From positions 124,001-188,000 of IMG/VR virus record IMGVR_UViG_3300042359_000853: 64,000 nucleotides of DNA. One strand, given 5' to 3'. Shown here in pieces: positions 57,792-64,000 of this stretch. Position 1 is the first letter of the stretch. Every line of letters begins with the position of its first letter. A program made the position numbers and the translations under genes. A model generated the notes under the pieces. That model was not told the DNA's origin. It searched no databases and worked only from the letters and a program-made list of their open reading frames with translations.

Positions 57792-58883
57792 ATGAAAATT
57801 ATAGACACTTTTTTAGAGCTGACCTCTCAAACTTATCCACACGGTCACGAACGGGAACTTGAACGATTTTTACCGAAAGGTATTTGTATCGATGAGTTTG
57901 GAAACTATTTTATGTATGTTGGAGATAAAACAACTACGACAATGTTTACTTGTCACTTAGATACCGCATCGTATGAAAAATCAAGAGTAACACATGTTAT
58001 TCGTGATGATAAAATTTTTACCGATGGTCGAACCATTCTCGGAGCTGACGATAAATCTGGTATGACTATCCTTCTTTGGATGATTCATAAAGGTGTTCAA
58101 GGTCTTTATTATTTTTTTCTAGGTGAAGAAAGAGGTTGTGTTGGTTCGGGAAAACTTAAAAGAGTATTTACCGAAATGTATCCACTGATTACGAAAATAA
58201 TTTCTTTCGATAGACGAGGCACACACTCGGTGATTACACACCAATCTTACGGAAGAACAGCCTCAGACGAGTTCGCTAGAGATCTATCAAGGCGACTAAA
58301 CGAAACCGGTTATGGTTTTAGGTATGAGCCGGATCCCACGGGTATTTACACCGATTCCAATCAGTTTGCCTCGATAGTTCCAGAATGCACAAATATTTCA
58401 GTAGGTTACCGAGACGAGCACTCAACTTATGAATCTCAAATTATTTCACACCTTGAAAATCTTTGCTACGCAGTTACTCAAATTGATTGGGAATCAGTAG
58501 TAGTAGCTAGAGACCCTAAGGTAAAAGATAGTGGTTGGGGATACGACTATGGATATTGGGGGAGGAGCCAAAGCTATACTGAACGAGATGAATGGTTCGA
58601 TGATTACTTTAGTCAATCGGATAGTTCTACCTATTCTCACGGGAAAACTTACTATGACGGAATAACGATAGACGAATTCGGTGATCCCGTTGATAGTAAT
58701 GACGAAATTTCACTTGAAGATATTAAGATGGTCCTCGATAAAATGGAAGTCGAATACCAAAAAATCCACTGGAATGGTGAAGAATGTTATGTTGAAATTG
58801 ATGGTTCTATGCAGTATTTTGCCGATAGAGAAAACTTAGTTGATTTTATCGATTATTATCAACACTTCTCTAACCAAGAATAA
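57792..58883 (+). CDS. M28/M20-like zinc hydrolase, copy 2
   Basis: YPHGHE, FTCHLDT, LGADDKSG, GEERG, SFDRR, YTDS, PECTNISVGY..EH. Confidence 0.85.
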   Translation: MKIIDTFLELTSQTYPHGHERELERFLPKGICIDEFGNYFMYVGDKTTTTMFTCHLDTASYEKSRVTHVIRDDKIFTDGRTILGADDKSGMTILLWMIHKGVQGLYYFFLGEERGCVGSGKLKRVFTEMYPLITKIISFDRRGTHSVITHQSYGRTASDEFARDLSRRLNETGYGFRYEPDPTGIYTDSNQFASIVPECTNISVGYRDEHSTYESQIISHLENLCYAVTQIDWESVVVARDPKVKDSGWGYDYGYWGRSQSYTERDEWFDDYFSQSDSSTYSHGKTYYDGITIDEFGDPVDSNDEISLEDIKMVLDKMEVEYQKIHWNGEECYVEIDGSMQYFADRENLVDFIDYYQHFSNQE

Positions 58884-59055
58884 GTCCTGGGTTCTTGTAT
58901 TCTCTGTTTTGAGAAATCTCTAAAAGTTGCTCGGTAGATAAATTTTCGGGGTTCCAACCTTTGTCTCTACAATACTGGTGAATAAATCTTTCTCTTAGTA
59001 GAGAGATTTCTTCTTTTTTGAGTCCTGTTTCTGATTTGATTAGTTGGTCTTTCAT
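58870..59055 (-). CDS. Small conserved hypothetical protein
   Basis: RERFIHQYCRDKGWNPENLSTEQLLEI. Confidence 0.6.
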   Translation of the reverse strand: MKDQLIKSETGLKKEEISLLRERFIHQYCRDKGWNPENLSTEQLLEISQNREYKNPGLILG

Positions 59056-59107
59056 AGTGGTTTTTTATTTTTTCTGGGAATAATCCTTTTCATATATATA
59101 AAAATAT

Positions 59108-59479
59108 ATGATCATCACAAAAGAAATACGGGTAAAAATTACCGAGCAAAATATAAATCACTTTGAGAATCTCGGATATGAAACAGCACTGGGAGAAGAA
59201 ATATCCATACCGGTTGAACTACTTACTTCGGGAAGTCATCATAGAATTCGTTGTAAGTGTGATAGTTGTGGTATAGAAAAAGATGTTATTTACAAGAACT
59301 ATATCAAATACGATAATAACTGGGGAGAATATAAGTGTAGAAAGTGCTCTGAGTCAAAAAGAAAAGAATCACTAAAGAAATCTTTAGGTGTTGAATATCC
59401 AATACAAAACATTGAGATAAAAAAAAGAATATTATCTCGTTCAAGTGGCACGAAAGTCACTTCTAAACAACTAGATTAA
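59108..59479 (+). CDS. Zinc-ribbon protein resembling a homing-endonuclease DNA-binding N-terminus
   Basis: CDSC, CRKC, GVEYPIQNIEIKKRI. Confidence 0.65.
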   Translation: MIITKEIRVKITEQNINHFENLGYETALGEEISIPVELLTSGSHHRIRCKCDSCGIEKDVIYKNYIKYDNNWGEYKCRKCSESKRKESLKKSLGVEYPIQNIEIKKRILSRSSGTKVTSKQLD

Positions 59480-61182
59480 AACTCAAACTCTGTTCCGGGC
59501 TCTGGTGGAGTCTCAGTTCCACCTTGTGCTGGTGGTCCTTGTGCTGGTGGTCCTTGTGCTGGTGGCTCCTCTGTACCTGGTTCTGCTGGTGGCGTCTCTG
59601 CACCGGGTTCAGTAGCTCCACCCTCGGGAACACCACCCATATCCGGTGTTGCTTCTGATGAACCTTCTACTTTTTTATTTAACCAATATCTTTCATTTTC
59701 ATTTCTTTCTTCTTGAGAAAGACCATAGATATGTTCCATAAGATAATCAATATGGAAATAAGTTCTATCGTCTTTCATAAGAGAAAGAAGATTAGTAACA
59801 ATAGATACTTTTTTATCCATATTTGACAGCTTTCTCCAATTCTCAAAAATTTGATTTACATTAAAAACAATATCACACTCATTTAAGAAAACTTCATCAT
59901 CTTTGAGCTCGGGAAACTCCATACACATCTGAAGTCTTATGGGCTTAACGATGAGTTCTTTATAGATTGCACGAAGACGACCGATAAAATTTCCAAATAC
60001 AACTTCATCACGAGTCATCGAAGATATTTCTTCATAAATAGTTCCACCACCAGAGGTTTCATCAAATCTCTGAAAAGGAATTTTAGAAGCTGATTGAAGA
60101 GCTTTCTTAAAGTATCCAAGAATAACATCCTCGTTTAAGTTGTGACCTTGGGGTTGTTTAATTTCCATGGTAGGAGTTCCAGCATCACTATCAGGAAACC
60201 AATATTGTTTGTTGTAGGGTAGATGTTTCGATCCACTAATCTGAAGAGTTCCTAGTGTATCATCCCATTCAACTTCTTCAGAGTAGTCAGAAATAAGTTG
60301 ACCGATTTGCTCCTCTGCTCTTTGACGAGGAAGACCTTTCACAGGAATCGTAAATTGTTGATAAAGTGTAGCATTGATAACATTGAACATTATTCTTGCT
60401 TGTTCAATAACTTTCAACTGGTTGTAAGGCTTGATAAGACCCTCAAGATAAGAAATCTCTGTGTAGTCGTTTTGTGTTGAATAAGAGATGAAGATTATCT
60501 GTGAATCAAGAAAAATTCTTCTTAGTTGTGGATCTTCGGGAAATTGAATCCAAAGATTTCCAATATTTGGTTCATAAGCTGGAACTAATGTTTCCGGCTT
60601 TAATCTGTTGAAATGAACAACGTTTTGTTTTTTATCATCCCAAACAATTTCCATGGCTATGTAACCATCTATCAAAAAATCTTTCATTAGATTGAAAGCT
60701 GTTATGCCATCATTAAATCCGTATTTGTTATATATTTTCTCGAAAAACTCTTGATATTTATCTCTAATTTCTTGTGAATACGAGGCGGATATGTTTTTTG
60801 GTGTACAAAAATCTTTCTCACTATAAATAATTGCCTCTTCGGCTACTCTTGAAACATAATCTCTCAGGTAATCTTTGATCGAATATTCACGAAGTATTCT
60901 TCTTTTATCAATATAAGCTCTATCAAGATAAGGTATTGATTTTTTGTTTAATACACTAGCAACTGCTCTTTGTGAGAAAAAATCATAATACGATCCATCT
61001 TTTTGAGAATATGGATCCTCATTCATATTTACACCCACGGTGTTTCTTAAGATCATATCGTCGTATTTCATACCCCATGAACTCAAATTTCTTAAAAGTC
61101 GTGAGAAAAGACCACGATTTTCGACTGATGAACTCATTATCAGTCCAGAGCCTTCTCTATTTTGAGGATTGTATGATGCCAT
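59476..61182 (-). CDS. Portal protein (T4 gp20-like)
   Basis: FLIDG, SYLE..IKPYNQL..IE, YWFP, YFKKALQSASKIPFQRF, TRDEVVF..FI.RLR. Confidence 0.9.
   Translation of the reverse strand: MASYNPQNREGSGLIMSSSVENRGLFSRLLRNLSSWGMKYDDMILRNTVGVNMNEDPYSQKDGSYYDFFSQRAVASVLNKKSIPYLDRAYIDKRRILREYSIKDYLRDYVSRVAEEAIIYSEKDFCTPKNISASYSQEIRDKYQEFFEKIYNKYGFNDGITAFNLMKDFLIDGYIAMEIVWDDKKQNVVHFNRLKPETLVPAYEPNIGNLWIQFPEDPQLRRIFLDSQIIFISYSTQNDYTEISYLEGLIKPYNQLKVIEQARIMFNVINATLYQQFTIPVKGLPRQRAEEQIGQLISDYSEEVEWDDTLGTLQISGSKHLPYNKQYWFPDSDAGTPTMEIKQPQGHNLNEDVILGYFKKALQSASKIPFQRFDETSGGGTIYEEISSMTRDEVVFGNFIGRLRAIYKELIVKPIRLQMCMEFPELKDDEVFLNECDIVFNVNQIFENWRKLSNMDKKVSIVTNLLSLMKDDRTYFHIDYLMEHIYGLSQEERNENERYWLNKKVEGSSEATPDMGGVPEGGATEPGAETPPAEPGTEEPPAQGPPAQGPPAQGGTETPPEPGTEFEF
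59522..59565. repeat. 15-bp tandem repeat x3 (PPAQG) in portal C-terminal tail
   Basis: CCTTGTGCTGGTGGT repeated. Confidence 0.9.
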
Positions 61183-61222
61183 TAAAACTTTTAATCTTTA
61201 TTTTTATATATTAAAATTTTGG

Positions 61223-61915
61223 TTATTGGTTGAACTTTTCTAAGTTTCTCTGGATTCTATCGTATCTTTCTTTTAACTCAACTGGAGTAAAGTTCTTACC
61301 CTCGGCTTCTTTATAGAGCTGCTCAAGAGATAACCTTTTCATTTCTGCGTCTCTTTGTTGTTGTTTATCTTTCTTGGCGAGCATAATCTCGTATAATTTT
61401 TTTGGATCATATTTATTGATAGGGTGACCAGCGTATAGAAATCTTGGAACTAGATTGGTATTGATTCTGTGAGATTGAGTGAGCTGTGCCATATTATACT
61501 CCATGAGGCTATATTCAAATCCTATTTGTAAAAGTTTATTGTAGATGCCTTGAAAATCGACCGGTAGATCACGATTTTTTGTAAAATCATCCTCTATCAT
61601 ATAATCATCAAATATTCTCGCACGAAACTCTAGTGGTATAAAATTCAAGTTCAGAGCTAGTATAACAATTTTATTCTCAAATTTCTTGAACTCTACCGTA
61701 AATACCGGTGAATAACTCATCCAATTAGATTCATCTCGATAATGAAAAAAATAAAAACCACCGAAACTAATCTCACGAAAGGGAATGTTCTGGACCTCTT
61801 TATCACTACCTCGATATTTATTATAAAAAAATACAGAATTATTTTTATAGGCATCTGCGGTAGATACCTTTTTTAGATTATTATCTGATTGAACTTTATC
61901 TAGAAGAATTCCCAT
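61223..61915 (-). CDS. DNA end protector-like protein (T4 gp2-like); probable start ATG 61915
   Basis: GGFYFFHY..YSPVF..ALNLNFIP..R; divergent from gp4-like gene. Confidence 0.6.
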   Translation of the reverse strand: MGILLDKVQSDNNLKKVSTADAYKNNSVFFYNKYRGSDKEVQNIPFREISFGGFYFFHYRDESNWMSYSPVFTVEFKKFENKIVILALNLNFIPLEFRARIFDDYMIEDDFTKNRDLPVDFQGIYNKLLQIGFEYSLMEYNMAQLTQSHRINTNLVPRFLYAGHPINKYDPKKLYEIMLAKKDKQQQRDAEMKRLSLEQLYKEAEGKNFTPVELKERYDRIQRNLEKFNQ

Positions 61916-61934
61916 TTCTTCTATATATAAAGAT

Positions 61935-62441
61935 ATGTTAAACCAAAAACCTACTAACACACAGAAATACCATCAAGGATTGTATATTCCACAGAATCGT
62001 GATAAACTCATTAAAGCTAACAACGAAGGTGGCGTCTATTATAGAAGTGGTCTTGAGAAAAAAATGATGATCTATCTAGATCTTAATGATAAAATTTCAA
62101 GGTGGTGCTCAGAATATATTAAAATACCTTATGAGAAAACCGAATGGAGTTCTGTAAGAAAAGATTTTGAGACAACCCAACATACTTATTATCCTGATTT
62201 TTACTATGAACTTTATAAATCAGACGGTAGTCTTTCTAAAGTTGTAGCAGAGGTTAAACCACGCTCAGAAACAATTGAGCCAGTAATCAAGGAAAACATG
62301 ACCTCGAAACAGATAAGAAATCTCGAATACAGCTTAAAAACATATAATAAAAACCTACAAAAGTGGAAGTATATGATAGAATATTGTCAGAGAAAAGGGT
62401 TCGAGTTCATTATTATCACCGAAGAACATTTAGGAAATTGA
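61935..62441 (+). CDS. Head completion nuclease (T4 gp4 / TnsA-like)
   Basis: YRSGLE, W.SE..IPY, HTYYPDF, EVKP, KW, F.IITE. Confidence 0.9.
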   Translation: MLNQKPTNTQKYHQGLYIPQNRDKLIKANNEGGVYYRSGLEKKMMIYLDLNDKISRWCSEYIKIPYEKTEWSSVRKDFETTQHTYYPDFYYELYKSDGSLSKVVAEVKPRSETIEPVIKENMTSKQIRNLEYSLKTYNKNLQKWKYMIEYCQRKGFEFIIITEEHLGN

Positions 62442-63947
62442 GGGTCTTTTCCAGATCCATTTATCTTGACCACATCCCCAAATTCTATAATAATTTTGTG
62501 AATGCATGATTTGAACTTCAGTAAGTGTTGAATCATGGCCTAGACTAACTAATTTTCTTTTATTGTAACCAAACCGATGTTTTCTCAAACCATCGACCAC
62601 CCACCAGTAGTTCAATCCACTATTCTTATCAAAAATGAATCCGAGTCTAGAATATACTTCACCAGAATATAGGGAAAGATCTGCGTAGGTTTTGATCTCT
62701 TCAATATTTGTGTTATTTCTGATAAAATATTCGAACAATCTAGATGCCGAACCAGTGACCTGATAATCAATACCGTTACAAAATCTTAGAAGTTCATATT
62801 CTTTTTTTCCATTGATCCAACGAAAGCCAAAAGTCATTAAGCTTACTAATCTATCTTCATAAAAAAGACCCAACGCTGTTGAATAGTTGGAATAACCTTG
62901 TATATGATTATCATTTAAAAACTTAGAAACTATTTCTCTTTGAGTTACCCCTTTAATTTGGCATTTTCTAGCAAATATTCTATTTTTAGATTTTTTACAT
63001 CTATTTAATAAAATAGATTTAAGAACTTCTTTTCTATTTTTCCAGTCATCCTCCCAGATATGTATAAGTTGAACGCCTCTTTCTTTACATAAGTTTGTTT
63101 TCGTGAGATGATAGTTTTTATCTTTTTTAAATTCACTATGCCAATAAAGTCTGTTGAACTCAATAGCGAGATTGTGATCTGGTATATAAATATCAAGAAG
63201 TAGAGGTGAAATAAGATCTCTTTCACTAATTTTATGGTTGATTTCTTTTTCGTTTAGAAAAGAAGAAATTTCATCTTCAAATTTACTTCTATTGTATGAT
63301 TTTATATTATCTCTTGAATGTTTTGTGTTCAAGTATGTTTCAACTCCGTATTTTATGAGGCAAGTTTGTTTTATTTTTTCTTTGACCTGGTCGAGTTCTA
63401 GCTGGTGATTGACGCCCCATCTTTCTAAGTAATATTTTTTTGTTTTCAATTTAAATTCTTCAGTCTTAAAGTAATGATCTGTTCCCCATTTTTCAAGTGC
63501 CGTTTTCTTGTATTTTTCTTGTATTTCTGGGTTTTGAAAACTAGATTTATGACCCCATCTCTCTAGGTTAGTTTCTTCCTGTCTTTTTTTGATGGTATCT
63601 GACTTAGAAACGTTATCCACACCCCACTTTTCTATCGAGGTATTCATTCTCTTCTCTTTTGTAGATTGATCTGTGGCTGAACATTTTGCTGAACAAAAGT
63701 CCCTATATCCATCTCTCCAGTTACGGTGAAAAGAGGTTTTACTCCCACACTTACAAGTATAATACTTCGGTTGGTTCGATACCCAATGCCAAATTTTCTG
63801 GATAAAGGGTAAGTCTTCAATATTTTTACAAAAACTTACGATCTCTTTGTATAGATCAGAGAAATTATTTCTGAGGAAATTTTCTCGTAATCTAACAGAG
63901 TGACCTTGTGTGACTTCATTTATCTTATTTAATCTTAGTTCATCCAT
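62430..63947 (-). CDS. Homing endonuclease (Hef/Vsr-like EDxHD type) with N-terminal repeats
   Basis: CKC, FCSAKC, repeated (K/R)WGxD/(K)YGVE units, LDIYIP..AIEFNRLYWHS, IHIWEDDW, RIFARKC..NHIQG..ELLRFC. Confidence 0.8.
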   Translation of the reverse strand: MDELRLNKINEVTQGHSVRLRENFLRNNFSDLYKEIVSFCKNIEDLPFIQKIWHWVSNQPKYYTCKCGSKTSFHRNWRDGYRDFCSAKCSATDQSTKEKRMNTSIEKWGVDNVSKSDTIKKRQEETNLERWGHKSSFQNPEIQEKYKKTALEKWGTDHYFKTEEFKLKTKKYYLERWGVNHQLELDQVKEKIKQTCLIKYGVETYLNTKHSRDNIKSYNRSKFEDEISSFLNEKEINHKISERDLISPLLLDIYIPDHNLAIEFNRLYWHSEFKKDKNYHLTKTNLCKERGVQLIHIWEDDWKNRKEVLKSILLNRCKKSKNRIFARKCQIKGVTQREIVSKFLNDNHIQGYSNYSTALGLFYEDRLVSLMTFGFRWINGKKEYELLRFCNGIDYQVTGSASRLFEYFIRNNTNIEEIKTYADLSLYSGEVYSRLGFIFDKNSGLNYWWVVDGLRKHRFGYNKRKLVSLGHDSTLTEVQIMHSQNYYRIWGCGQDKWIWKRPSIS

Positions 63948-64000
63948 AGACGAGGAGCGAATGTTTCATATTATATATATAGAAATAAAAAAAGTCCCTC

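Noticed and set aside
1-64000. Stop-codon reassignment as in some jumbo phages
   Set aside because: Conserved genes are full-length in code 11, and TAG and TGA both end genes at expected positions

Overview
AT-rich, gene-dense 64 kb segment of a T4-like jumbo myophage genome in the standard genetic code. It carries core T4-type genes: UvsX, topoisomerase II gp39/60 and gp52, gp47, tail tube gp19, portal gp20, gp2-like and gp4-like. The host is very probably Bacteroidota, since several operons are preceded by the TTTG-N19/20-TAnnTTTG promoter and the tmRNA tag starts with Gly. Accessory content: glutamine synthetase II, two Dam-like methylases, MoxR ATPase plus VWA/metallopeptidase partner, ABC exporter, flavodoxin-like protein, ADP-heptose enzymes (HldE kinase domain, HldD), FkbM methyltransferase, GT7-like glycosyltransferase, lytic transglycosylase, holin-like protein, a tmRNA, an IS607/TnpB element and a homing endonuclease. 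Main non-obvious signals: (1) three apparent promoter classes; (2) a T4 capsid-targeting-like motif on many late-promoter proteins, some apparently polyproteins; (3) a duplicated pair, 'SCM..RALLW..MDR(I/V)Y' protein plus M28-like hydrolase, in early and late versions with a shared N-terminal domain; (4) an unusually long tmRNA tag; (5) catalytically degenerate 2H-phosphoesterase and RNA-ligase folds; (6) an IS607 whose right end recreates the promoter it displaced; (7) a shared C-terminal R(D/N)xK(I/L)xx(I/L) motif; (8) a candidate ~90-nt small RNA. All family calls come from reading motifs by eye, not from database searches.
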